Origin: Nemertoderma westbladi
Taxonomy: Eukaryota > Animalia > Xenacoelomorpha
Length of the DNA: 40,599 nucleotides
NCBI GenBank assembly: GCA_032718475.1
Contig: JAUCBJ010001366.1
Location: 1-40,599, forward strand
Direction of reading: 5' to 3'
Every line of letters begins with the position of its first letter. Position 1 is the first letter of the stretch. The position numbers and the translations under genes are program-made. Below are positions 1 through 11,700 of the stretch, piece by piece. Under the pieces are notes generated by a model. It saw only the letters and a list, made by a program, of their open reading frames with translations. It had not been told where the DNA came from and ran no database searches.

Positions 1-1194
1 ATTAATGTTTGTGTCCCTCATTAATGTTTGTGTCCCTCATTAATGTTTGTGTCCCTCATTAATGTTTGTGTACCTCATTAATGTTTGTGTCCCTCATTAA
101 TGTTTGTGTCCCTCATTAATGTTTGTGTACCTCATTAATGTTTGTGTCCCTCATTAATGTTTGTGTCCCTCATTAATGTTTGTGTACCTCATTAATGTTT
201 GTGTCCCTCATTCTTGTTTGTGTCCCTCATTAATGTTTTGTATCTCATTAATGTTTGTGTCCCTCATTAATGTTTGTGACCCTCATTAATGTTTGTGTAT
301 CTCATTAATGTTTGTGTACCTCATTAATGTTTGTGTCCCTAATTAATGTTTGTGTCCCTCATTAATGTCTGTGTCCCTCATTAATATTTGTGTCCCTCAT
401 TAATGTTTGTGTACCTCATTAATGTTTGTGTCCCTCATTAATGTTTGTGTATCTCATTAATTTTTTTGTATCTCGTTAATGTTTGTGTCCCTGATTAATG
501 TTTGTGTCCCTCATTAATGTTTGTGTATCTCATTAATTAATGTTTGTGTCCCTCATTAATGTTTGTGTTCCTCATTAATGTTTGTGTACCTCATTAATGT
601 GTGTGTCCCTCATTAATGTTTGTGTCCCTCATTAATGTTTGTGTACCTCATTAATGTTTGTGTACCTCATTAATGTTTGTGTCCCTAATTAATGTTTGTG
701 TCCCTCATTAATGTTTGTGTCCCTCATTAATGTTTGTGTACCTCATTAATGTTTGTGTCCCTCATTAATGTTTGTGTCCCTCATTAATGTTTGTGTACCT
801 CATTAATGTTTGTGCTCCTCATTAATGTTTGTGTCCCTCATTAATGTTTGTGTACCTCATTAATGTTTGTGTCCCTCATTAATGTTTGTGTCCCTCATTA
901 ATGTTTGTGTACCTCATTAATGTTTGTGTACCTCATTAATGTTTGTGTCCCTCATTAATGTTTGTGTCCCTCATTAATGTTTGTGTACCTAATTAATGTT
1001 TGTGTACCTCATTAATGTTTGTGTCCCTCATTAATATTTGTGTCCCTCATTAATGTTTGTGTCCCTCATTAATGTTTGTGTCCTATATCAATGTTTATGT
1101 CCCACATTAATGTTTGTGTCCCTCATTAATGTTTGTCCCACATTAATGTTTGTGGCGCTGATAAATATATGTCCCTCATTTAATGTTTGTGTCC
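1..1194. repeat. 19-bp minisatellite (attaatgtttgtgtccctc)n, ~62 copies, truncated by the window edge
   Basis: Unit read directly; common variants gtgtacctc and gtgtatctc; degenerates from ~1080 and ends in taatgtttgtgtccAG at 1196. Confidence 0.97.
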
Positions 1195-1196
1195 AG

Positions 1197-1253
1197 GTTG
1201 CTATAAGTTACTCTAGGTTGCCGGACGTTTTGGACAATTTGGTCAGCAACTAG
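1197..1253 (+). CDS. Possible terminal coding exon of an upstream gene outside the window (VAISYSRLPDVLDNLVSN*)
   Basis: tttgtgtccag|G acceptor-like site at 1195-1196 is the first AG after the AG-free array; phase 0 reads 18 codons to TAG, while the other phases stop within 2-6 codons. No homology recognised. Confidence 0.25.
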   Translation, partial: VAISYSRLPDVLDNLVSN

Positions 1254-1721
1254 CAACTTAATTTGAGTAACATTGACTTTTAGTCTCCGTTATATGAGGC
1301 ATCTTTTACAGCAACAAACTTCGCGTTTACATAGAGCAACTTGATCGGCAACCTGACATGCTCACTAAGTTGCTGATAGAGTTGCTCAAAATGTTGCCAC
1401 GTACTGTAGAAAAAACAGGTCTTTAATTATTCGTCATGACGTACTGTAAGTGAACTTTACTTTAACTTTAACGTAGGTGTAACCCTGTAGCTAGACTTTG
1501 TTCTTACTGTAGAGTACCACCCATGGCTATATTTTGTACTTAGAGTTCCGCTTTCTTGAATTTAAATTTTGTTCTTATAGTTCTGCATTTGGCTACATTT
1601 TGTTCAATTTGTATTGATACATGATTCTAACTACAGTACCGTACTTATTTTAGAAGCAATTAATACCAAAATATCAAAAACTTGTGGAGCCCTTTAGAAT
1701 TTTGAATTCAAAAATTTCCAA

Positions 1722-1894
1722 CATGTGCGCAAGTGTGTTAGCTACAGTATATTGTATGTGATTATTTGTTATTATTGCGTTTACAGGTAATACTAACACC
1801 TGATCATGTGCGCAAGTGTGTTAGCTACAGTATATTGTATGTGATTATTTGTTATTATTGCGTTTACAGGTAATACTAACACCTGATCATGTGC
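1722..1894. repeat. Exact 83-bp tandem duplication (two copies plus 7 bp)
   Basis: 1722-1804 is identical to 1805-1887, followed by catgtgc. Confidence 0.95.
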
Positions 1895-2002
1895 TAGTTA
1901 ACACGTATTAGCTAATAACAAATGCGCACATGTATTACGTGCGCACTACGCACTAAATTATTAAGGACATACGATACGCCTTGGCTATTATTTGATATAT
2001 TA

Positions 2003-2174
2003 TGCGTGTTTTTTGTAAAAATTCGGACTTATGGTGTTTTGCCAAATTGATGATACCTTGTTTTCTAGGCAATACCCCGCAACTAACGTATAGTTACAGG
2101 ATAATACCAGAAAATGGTGTTCCCCTTTGTTTTGGCAAAACACCATAAGTCAGAATTTTTACAAAAAAACCGCA
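2003..2174. mobile_element. MITE-like element / hairpin with ~40-bp inverted repeats
   Basis: gttttttgtaaaaattcggacttatggtgttttgccaaa (2008-2046) is the near-perfect reverse complement of tttggcaaaacaccataagtcagaatttttacaaaaaaac (2131-2170); no coding capacity; TSD not resolved. Confidence 0.6.
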
Positions 2175-3866
2175 ATATTTTATTTCAAAGGTAATTCTAA
2201 ATCAAATTGAAAGTTTAGTTATATGAATTCTATATATATTTAGTTATCAAAAAACACAATAACAAGTAAACTGAGGCATCTCTCTAAAAAATAAACAGTT
2301 TTTATCGATTATCTCAGAACTACAAAAATCGACTTAGGGGGTTCTGCCTTGAAGGTGACGTAATTGTACTGTATCTAACTTTTATTAGCTTGAGTTCAGT
2401 ATTAAGATTACACTTGTTTTGTTCCATGTTATACCAAGGCCATCGTAATACAATGGCCTCGGTCTTATGCATTAAAGTATGTATCCTTGGTGACACTACA
2501 CAGGATCTATTATTTAATTTCAGATGAATTAGTTTTCATAGCAAACTTGTCGAATAATTGGATTGTTTTGTGAAGTTCTAACAGTTTGCTCTTCGGTAGG
2601 ACTGTAGGAGATTATTTTATTTTAAGCCAAGTGACAACCGGGTAGCATAATTATTATAGAAGACTCTTCTCTTATTGACTATACAGACTCTTAACTCAAT
2701 TAAAATTACATACATTTACACAATCACAATAACACGCCCTAAAGTAAAAATCAATATACTTTATAGTACCTAGAGGGTGCGAGATGGTTTTATCTTCATT
2801 TATATTGGCCGTTTAAATGGGATAGCGATAGACGATTGCTTTCGTTAACCATTTCAAGGACCGGTGTATCCTCCTTTACAGATACACACACGTCAGATTA
2901 GAGAACGGGAAGTAGATGCGAGACAAGTGCACGTCTCGCCTCTGGTTATCCATTGGCATTGCGCATTGATACTGTATGGGTTGGCGCATAATTAATTAAT
3001 TTGCCAGAAAGAGAGCTTTTGTTAAGATGGTGATGTTCTACAGTTTAGTATCCTAAGCAAAAAGGCAGGATTTACATCTGTGCGCATATATCCAATCACA
3101 AGTCTTGATAATTATTGATTTCTGCAACGCAGTTTACACTGCCTGCCTATGCAATATAACTGTAGAATAGTGAGTCATGCATTATGACATTTAAATTACA
3201 CAAACATAGCAATAATTCGTCTCTAGGCATACTGTATTAAATTTAATTAAACCTGTCCTTACATATCAATAAACCTATGATTGATTGCGGTTAAAAATTG
3301 CCCAAAGGTTATTGATCAGTTGTAGGCCCGCTTCACGTTAAAGAAATATGGTATTGTGGATGGTGGATATACAATTAACAAAATGTTAATTTATTTATTT
3401 TAAATATTTAATTGTGGAGTAATATTATATATATTTATTAATCCTAAAGTAAAACACTAAAAATACTGTATTATGTAGTTCCGGAACCCATAACCTGTGG
3501 GTAACTGTGTAGAAACACGAGAGCAATTCCATTGCGGTTGGTGTTTCAGATTTGAGAATGGTGCGCAATTTCGTGTTCCACAAGTGTCCATATTCTATAA
3601 AATAATTAGGACGTACTTTAGGCCACCTACTTGTACCTACTAACTTCAGCAAAATTTTTGGCAGAATATTGTCTCAGAGGGACTTGGCATTAAATGGCTA
3701 TAAATTTCTGGCACAGTGCATTTACTAACGATTGTTTTAGTTGTTAGAGCTTTATTACAGTAGGTAGTCTTGTATTGCCTGAATTTAGAGGTTCTATTAT
3801 GATTTTTAGTACGTGTTCTCCACGTACACGTACACCGGTACACGTACATTGTACTAACTAGCTATG

Positions 3867-4025
3867 GAGGGGGGGGGGGGGGGATTTCCCACGCAATTAG
3901 AATTCCTCCATCTCCAGGGGAAAATCGACGAAAAATATCAGCTGATTACTCCCAAAAATAAAACTGTAACCTTTATGCTATTGACTTCCCTTCGGTATTG
4001 TTTCGGTTCGAACAATATGTCACTG
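3867..4025 (+). repeat. Dispersed repeat, copy 1 (diverged homolog at 23694-23837)
   Basis: Shared collinear blocks: G-run, acgcaatt, ctccaggg(g/t)aaaatcgac, gctgatt, gtattgtttc(g/a)gtt(c/a)gaa. Confidence 0.65.
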
Positions 4026-4176
4026 TAACATGTTTTTTCCCCTTAATTTATTAATCGATAATTTAAGATTGATGTGAGATATTAATTCGCCGAGACAGGA
4101 TTGAACTGTATGGGGTTTTCTGTTTAATAGAGACAACCTTTTCTAATAATCATTATTGGTGTTGGTTTTATAGCCT

Positions 4177-5799
4177 ATGAATGCTACTATGAATGCACAA
4201 ATATCAGAACAGGAATTTCTCCTTCCGCTGGGAAACGGAGAGGTCAGCGACCTGGAAAGCGAAAGTAACTTGCCGCCAGACATTTCCCAAAGATTTGATG
4301 AAGTTATATGCGAGGTGTCCAGGGGTAGAGCCTACAGACTCACTGTGTTAGTAACCATGGCAACAGTACTCGCGTCTGAAGGAATATCAATGATCAGTGC
4401 GGCATTCGTCCTCCCTCAAGTAGAATCGGAACTGAATCTTTCTTCTCTTCAGACTGGATTAGTTGGCGGTTCTGTGTTCTTCGGGATGGCAATTGGTGCG
4501 CCAATATGGGGAAATATATCCGATAACTACGGTCGCAGGTCCTCCCTTACTGCAGCGCTCCTATTGGCTACCCTTTGCGGAGTATTAGCTGCTATTTCTC
4601 CTTACTTCTTACCTCTCTGCCTATTCCGAATACTCGCGGGTTTCGGTATAGGAGGCGCGGCAACCATGGTAATGCCCTACATCACAGAGATTATTGGCAG
4701 AAAGGACGCCCCCTGGTTTATCTGCGTTGTAATGCTTATCGGCTCCACTGGGGCGCTGATAGTCTCGGGTGCGGCTTGGATAATATTACCCCGAGACCTT
4801 CTAACTTTCTCTGTGGGTTCCATTACTATAGGTAGTTGGAGAATGTTCCTATTACTATGCACACTTCCAGCTGTCGTAGGCATTGCCTTAGTTACAAAGA
4901 TACCAAAAAGCCCCATGTACCTACTGGCAAGCGGTCGCTACATCGATGCAATCAGAGTTCTTATAAGAATAAGTCAATTGTCGAGACTTGAAACCACCCC
5001 TTTATTAAACGCACTTCCAAACATGACAATATCGGAAGACAAACTAATTTCTTACGGCCAACAGCCTGACTGCGATATTTGCCTCTACAAAGTCTATAAG
5101 CAGATCCGAAATGTCTCCAAGGCCGTTCCGGAGATGCTAAACATTCACCTAAGATGGACAACATTAACTCTATTAACGATGTGGTTAACTCTTGGTTTCG
5201 GTTATTACGGAATAAGCATATGGTTTGTTGAATACATCAAGGTATTAGAGGATAACATTTGGTCACCAACACACTTAATATCATTAGCTAATATGACGAT
5301 TAATTACAACGTTACGAAGAATATGGCAATTAATCAGACAAATAACGGGGATTTTGATGCGTTTGGTACTTATATGAGCGCATTTATCAGCGCGAGTTCA
5401 TTAGTACCCGGTTCCATGATCGCAGTTATCTTAGTTAAATGCATTCCTAGTAAGTTTATATACTTGGTTATGACTAACATTAGCGCTGTAGCCTTACTCG
5501 TAATCCTCGCCACGCCCAACGTGATGTTAATAACGCTGCTGTTCTGCATCTTCCAGATCGTGAATACCACCTCGTGGTGCGCGGTGCAATCATATACCCC
5601 CGGGGTGTATTCCAGTGAGATCCGCGCGATGGCGTACGGATTAATGATGTCGGTTAGTCGATTGGGTGCTATACTGGGCTCGGTTTGTTTCGGCGCTTGG
5701 GTGACGACTATACCCTCCCTACCTTTTGTACTGAGCGCAGTTCTACTCTCCGTTGGTGCGTGCTTGGCGATCACACTGCCGTCCACACCAGGTGGTTAA
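4177..5799 (+). CDS. Major facilitator superfamily transporter, SV2/SVOP-like, 540 aa, intronless CDS
   Basis: About 12 hydrophobic segments; MFS motif A GNISDNYGRR; RILAGFGIGG in TM4; WR after TM5/6; PKSP after TM6; YSSEIRAMAYG before TM11; N-glycosylation-rich loop between TM7 and TM8 (NMT, NVT, NQT) as in SV2-type proteins. Confidence 0.9.
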   Translation: MNATMNAQISEQEFLLPLGNGEVSDLESESNLPPDISQRFDEVICEVSRGRAYRLTVLVTMATVLASEGISMISAAFVLPQVESELNLSSLQTGLVGGSVFFGMAIGAPIWGNISDNYGRRSSLTAALLLATLCGVLAAISPYFLPLCLFRILAGFGIGGAATMVMPYITEIIGRKDAPWFICVVMLIGSTGALIVSGAAWIILPRDLLTFSVGSITIGSWRMFLLLCTLPAVVGIALVTKIPKSPMYLLASGRYIDAIRVLIRISQLSRLETTPLLNALPNMTISEDKLISYGQQPDCDICLYKVYKQIRNVSKAVPEMLNIHLRWTTLTLLTMWLTLGFGYYGISIWFVEYIKVLEDNIWSPTHLISLANMTINYNVTKNMAINQTNNGDFDAFGTYMSAFISASSLVPGSMIAVILVKCIPSKFIYLVMTNISAVALLVILATPNVMLITLLFCIFQIVNTTSWCAVQSYTPGVYSSEIRAMAYGLMMSVSRLGAILGSVCFGAWVTTIPSLPFVLSAVLLSVGACLAITLPSTPGG

Positions 5800-8700
5800 T
5801 GATCTCCGTTGGTGCGTGCTTGGCGGTCACACTGCCGTCCACACCAGGTGGTTAAATCTCCGTTGGTGCGTCCTTGGTGGTCACACTGCCATCCACACCA
5901 GGTGGTTAATGATCTCCGTTGGTGGGTGCTTGGCGGTCACACTGTCGTCCACACCAAGTGGTTAATGATCTCCGTTGGTTCGTGCTTGGAGGTCACACTG
6001 CCGTCCACACCAGGTGCTTAATGATCTCCGTTGGTTCGTGCTTGGTGGTCACACTGCCGTCCACACCAGGTGGTTAATGATCTCCGTTGGTTCGTGCTTG
6101 GCGGTCACACTGCCGTCCACACCAGGTGCTTAATGATCTCCGTTGGTTCGTGCTTGGTGGTCACACTGCCGTCCACACCAGGTGGTTAATGATCTCCGTT
6201 GGTTCGTGCTTGGCGGTCACACTGCCATCCACACCAGGTGGTTAATGATCTCCGTTGGTTCGTGCTTGGCGGTCACACTGCCATCCACACCAGGTGGTTA
6301 ATGATCTCCGTTGGTTCGTGCTTGGCGGTCACACTGCCATCCACACCAGGTGGTTAATGATCTCCGTTGGTTCGTGCTTGGCGGTCACACTGCCGTCCAC
6401 ACCAGGTGCTTAATGATCTCCGTTGGTTCGTGCTTGGTGGTCACACTGCCGTCCACACCAGGTGGTTAATGATCTCCGTTGGTTCGTGCTTGGCGGTCAC
6501 ACTGCCATCCACACCAGGTGGTTAATGATCTCCGTTGGTTCGTGCTTGGCGGTCACACTGCCATCCACACCAGGTGCTTAATGATCTCCGTTGGTGCGTG
6601 CTTGGCGGTCACACTGCCATCCACACCAGGTGGTTAATGATCTCCGTTGGTGCGTGCTTGGCGGTCACACTGCCGTCCACACCAGGTGGTTAATGATCTC
6701 CGTTGGTGCGTGCTTGGTGGTCACACTGCCGTCCACACCAGGTGGTTAATGATCTCCGTTGGTTCGTGCTTGGTGGTCACACTGCCGTCCACACCAGGTG
6801 GTTAATGATCTCCGTTGGTGCGTGCTTGGCGGTCACACTGCCGTCCACACCAGGTGGTTAATGATCTCCGTTGGTTCGTGCTTGGCGGTCACACTGCCAT
6901 CCACACCAGGTGCTTAATGATCTCCGTTGGTTCGTGCTTGGTGGTCACACTGCCGTCCACACCAGGTGGTTAATGATCTCCGTTGGTGCGTGCTTGGCGG
7001 TCACACTGTCGTCCACACCAAGTGGTTAATGATCTCCGTTGGTTCGTGCTTGGCGGTCACACTGCCGTCCACACCAGGTGCTTAATGATCTCCGTTGGTG
7101 CGTGCTTGGCGGTCACACTGCCATCCACACCAGGTGCTTAATGATCTCCGTTGGTGCGTGCTTGGCGGTCACACTGCCATCCACACCAGGTGGTTAATGA
7201 TCTCCGTTGGTTCGTGCTTGGCGGTCACACTGCCATCCACACCAGGTGCTTAATGATCTCCGTTGGTGCGTGCTTGGCGGTCACACTGCCATCCACACCA
7301 GGTGGTTAATGATCTCCGTTGGTTCGTGCTTGGTGGTTACACTGCCGTCCACACCAGGTGCTTAATGATCTCCGTTGGTGCGTGCTTGGTGGTCACACTG
7401 CCGTCCACACCAGGTGGTTAATGATCTCCGTTGGTGCGTGCTTGGCGGTCACACTGCCGTCCACACCAAGTGGTTAATGATCTCCGTTGGTTCGTGCTTG
7501 GCGGTCACACTGCCATCCACACCAGGTGCTTAATGATCTCCGTTGGTTCGTGCTTGGTGGTCACACTGCCGTCCACACCAGGTGGTTAATGATCTCCGTT
7601 GGTGCGTGCTTGGCGGTCACACTGTCGTCCACACCAAGTGGTTAATGATCTCCGTTGGTTCGTGCTTGGCGGTCACACTGCCGTCCACACCAGGTGCTTA
7701 ATGATCTCCGTTGGTGCGTGCTTGGCGGTCACACTGCCATCCACACCAGGTGCTTAATGATCTCCGTTGGTGCGTGCTTGGCGGTCACACTGCCATCCAC
7801 ACCAGGTGGTTAATGATCTCCGTTGGTTCGTGCTTGGCGGTCACACTGCCATCCACACCAGGTGCTTAATGATCTCCGTTGGTGCGTGCTTGGCGGTCAC
7901 ACTGCCATCCACACCAGGTGGTTAATGATCTCCGTTGGTTCGTGCTTGGTGGTTACACTGCCGTCCACACCAGGTGCTTAATGATCTCCGTTGGTGCGTG
8001 CTTGGTGGTCACACTGCCGTCCACACCAGGTGGTTAATGATCTCCGTTGGTTCGTGCTTGGCGGTCACACTGCCATCCACACCAGGTGGTTAATGATCTC
8101 CGTTGGTTCGTGCTTGGCGGTCACACTGCCATCCACACCAGGTGCTTAATGATCTCCGTTGGTGCGTGCTTGGCGGTCACACTGCCATCCACACCAGGTG
8201 GTTAATGATCTCCGTTGGTGCGTGCTTGGCGGTCACACTGCCATCCACACCAGGTGGTTAATGATCTCCGTTGGTTCGTGCTTGGCGGTCACACTGCCAT
8301 CCACACCAGGTGCTTAATGATCTCCGTTGGTGCGTGCTTGGCGGTCACACTGCCATCCACACCAGGTGCTTAATGATCTCCGTTGGTGCATGCTTGGCGG
8401 TCACACTGCCATCCACACCAGGTGGTTAATGATCTCCGTTGGTTCGTGCTTGGCGGTCACACTGCCATCCACACCAGGTGCTTAATGATCTCCGTTGGGT
8501 CGTGCTTGGTGGTCACACTGCCGTCCACACCAGGTGGTTAATGATCTCCGTTGGTTCGTGCTTGGTGGTCACACTGCCGTCCACACCAGGTGGTTAATGA
8601 TCTCCGTTGGTTCGTGCTTGGCGGTCACACTGCCATCCACACCAGGTGCTTAATGATCTCCGTTGGTGCGTGCTTGGCGGTCACACTGCCATCCACACCA

Positions 8701-11700
8701 GGTGGTTAATGATCTCCGTTGGTTCGTGCTTGGCGGTCACACTGCCGTCCACACCAGGTGCTTAATGATCTCCGTTGGTGCGTGCTTGGCGGTCACACTG
8801 CCATCCACACCAGGTGGTTAATGATCTCCGTTGGTTCGTGCTTGGCGGTCACACTGCCATCCACACCAGGTGGTTAATGATCTCCGTTGGTTTGTGCTTG
8901 GTGGTTACACTGCCGTCCACACCAGGTGGTTAATGATCTCCGTTGGTTCGTGCTTGGTGGTTACACTGCCGTCCACACCAGGTGGTTAATGATCTCCGTT
9001 GGTTCGTGCTTGGCGGTCACACTGCCATCCACACCAGGTGGTTAATGATCTCCGTTGGTTCGTGCTTGGCGGTCACACTGCCATCCACACCAGGTGGTTA
9101 ATGATCTCCGTTGGTGCGTGCTTGGCGGTCACACTGCCATCCACACCAGGTGGTTAATGATCTCCGTTGGTTCGTGCTTGGTGGTTACACTGCCGTCCAC
9201 ACCAGGTGGTTAATGATCTCCGTTGGTTCGTGCTTGGCGGTCACACTGCCATCCACACCAGGTGGTTAATGATCTCCGTTGGTGCGTGCTTGGCGGTCAC
9301 ACTGCCATCCACACCAGGTGGTTAATGATCTCCGTTGGTGCGTGCTTGGCGGTCACACTGCCATCCACACCAGGTGGTTAATGATCTCCGTTGGTTCGTG
9401 CTTGGCGGTCACACTGCCATCCACACCAGGTGGTTAATGATCTCCGTTGGTGCGTGCTTGGCGGTCACACTGCCATCCACACCAGGTGGTTAATGATCTC
9501 CGTTGGTTCGTGCTTGGCGGTCACACTGCCATCCACACCAGGTGCTTAATGATCTCCGTTGGGTCGTGCTTGGTGGTCACACTGCCGTCCACACCAGGTG
9601 GTTAATGATCTCCGTTGGTTCGTGCTTGGTGGTCACACTGCCGTCCACACCAGGTGGTTAATGATCTCCGTTGGTTCGTGCTTGGCGGTCACACTGCCAT
9701 CCACACCAGGTGCTTAATGATCTCCGTTGGTGCATGCTTGGCGGTCACACTGCCATCCACACCAGGTGGTTAATGATCTCCGTTGGTTCGTGCTTGGCGG
9801 TCACACTGCCGTCCACACCAGGTGCTTAATGATCTCCGTTGGTGCGTGCTTGGCGGTCACACTGCCATCCACACCAGGTGGTTAATGATCTCCGTTGGTT
9901 CGTGCTTGGCGGTCACACTGCCATCCACACCAGGTGGTTAATGATCTCCGTTGGTTTGTGCTTGGTGGTTACACTGCCGTCCACACCAGGTGGTTAATGA
10001 TCTCCGTTGGTTCGTGCTTGGTGGTTACACTGCCGTCCACACCAGGTGGTTAATGATCTCCGTTGGTTCGTGCTTGGCGGTCACACTGCCATCCACACCA
10101 GGTGGTTAATGATCTCCGTTGGTTCGTGCTTGGCGGTCACACTGCCATCCACACCAGGTGGTTAATGATCTCCGTTGGTGCGTGCTTGGCGGTCACACTG
10201 CCATCCACACCAGGTGGTTAATGATCTCCGTTGGTTCGTGCTTGGTGGTTACACTGCCGTCCACACCAGGTGGTTAATGATCTCCGTTGGTTCGTGCTTG
10301 GCGGTCACACTGCCATCCACACCAGGTGGTTAATGATCTCCGTTGGTGCGTGCTTGGCGGTCACACTGCCATCCACACCAGGTGGTTAATGATCTCCGTT
10401 GGTGCGTGCTTGGCGGTCACACTGCCATCCACACCAGGTGGTTAATGATCTCCGTTGGTTCGTGCTTGGCGGTCACACTGCCATCCACACCAGGTGGTTA
10501 ATGATCTCCGTTGGTGCGTGCTTGGCGGTCACACTGCCATCCACACCAGGTGGTTAATGATCTCCGTTGGTTCGTGCTTGGTGGTTACACTGCCGTCCAC
10601 ACCAGGTGGTTAATGATCTCCGTTGGTTCGTGCTTGGCGGTCACACTGCCATCCACACCAGGTGGTTAATGATCTCCGTTGGTGCGTGCTTGGCGGTCAC
10701 ACTGCCATCCACACCAGGTGGTTAATGATCTCCGTTGGTGCGTGCTTGGCGGTCACACTGCCATCCACACCAGGTGGTTAATGATCTCCGTTGGTTCGTG
10801 CTTGGCGGTCACACTGCCATCCACACCAGGTGGTTAATGATCTCCGTTGGTGCGTGCTTGGCGGTCACACTGCCATCCACACCAGGTGGTTAATGATCTC
10901 CGTTGGTGCGTGCTTGGCGGTCACACTGCCGTCCACACCAAGTGGTTAATGATCTCCGTTGGTTCGTGCTTGGCGGTCACACTGCCATCCACACCAGGTG
11001 CTTAATGATCTCCGTTGGGTCGTGCTTGGTGGTCACACTGCCGTCCACACCAGGTGGTTAATGATCTCCGTTGGTTCGTGCTTGGTGGTCACACTGCCGT
11101 CCACACCAGGTGGTTAATGATCTCCGTTGGTTCGTGCTTGGCGGTCACACTGCCATCCACACCAGGTGCTTAATGATCTCCGTTGGTTCGTGCTTGGTGG
11201 TCACACTGCCGTCCACACCAGGTGGTTAATGATCTCCGTTGGTGCGTGCTTGGCGGTCACACTGTCGTCCACACCAAGTGGTTAATGATCTCCGTTGGTT
11301 CGTGCTTGGCGGTCACACTGCCGTCCACACCAGGTGCTTAATGATCTCCGTTGGTGCGTGCTTGGCGGTCACACTGCCATCCACACCAGGTGCTTAATGA
11401 TCTCCGTTGGTGCGTGCTTGGCGGTCACACTGCCGTCCACACCAGGTGGTTAATGATCTCCGTTGGTTCGTGCTTGGCGGTCACACTGCCATCCACACCA
11501 GGTGTTTAATGATCTCCGTTGGTGCGTGCTTGGCGGTCACACTGCCATCCACACCAGGTGGTTAATGATCTCCGTTGGTTCGTGCTTGGCGGTCACACTG
11601 CCATCCACACCAGGTGCTTAATGATCTCCGTTGGTGCGTGCTTGGCGGTCACACTGCCATCCACACCAGGTGGTTAATGATCTCCGTTGGTTCGTGCTTG

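Noticed and set aside
5753-6021. Short ORFs at the array edges (also 19023-19339)
   Set aside because: They arise from the 54-bp variant removing a stop in repeat translations.
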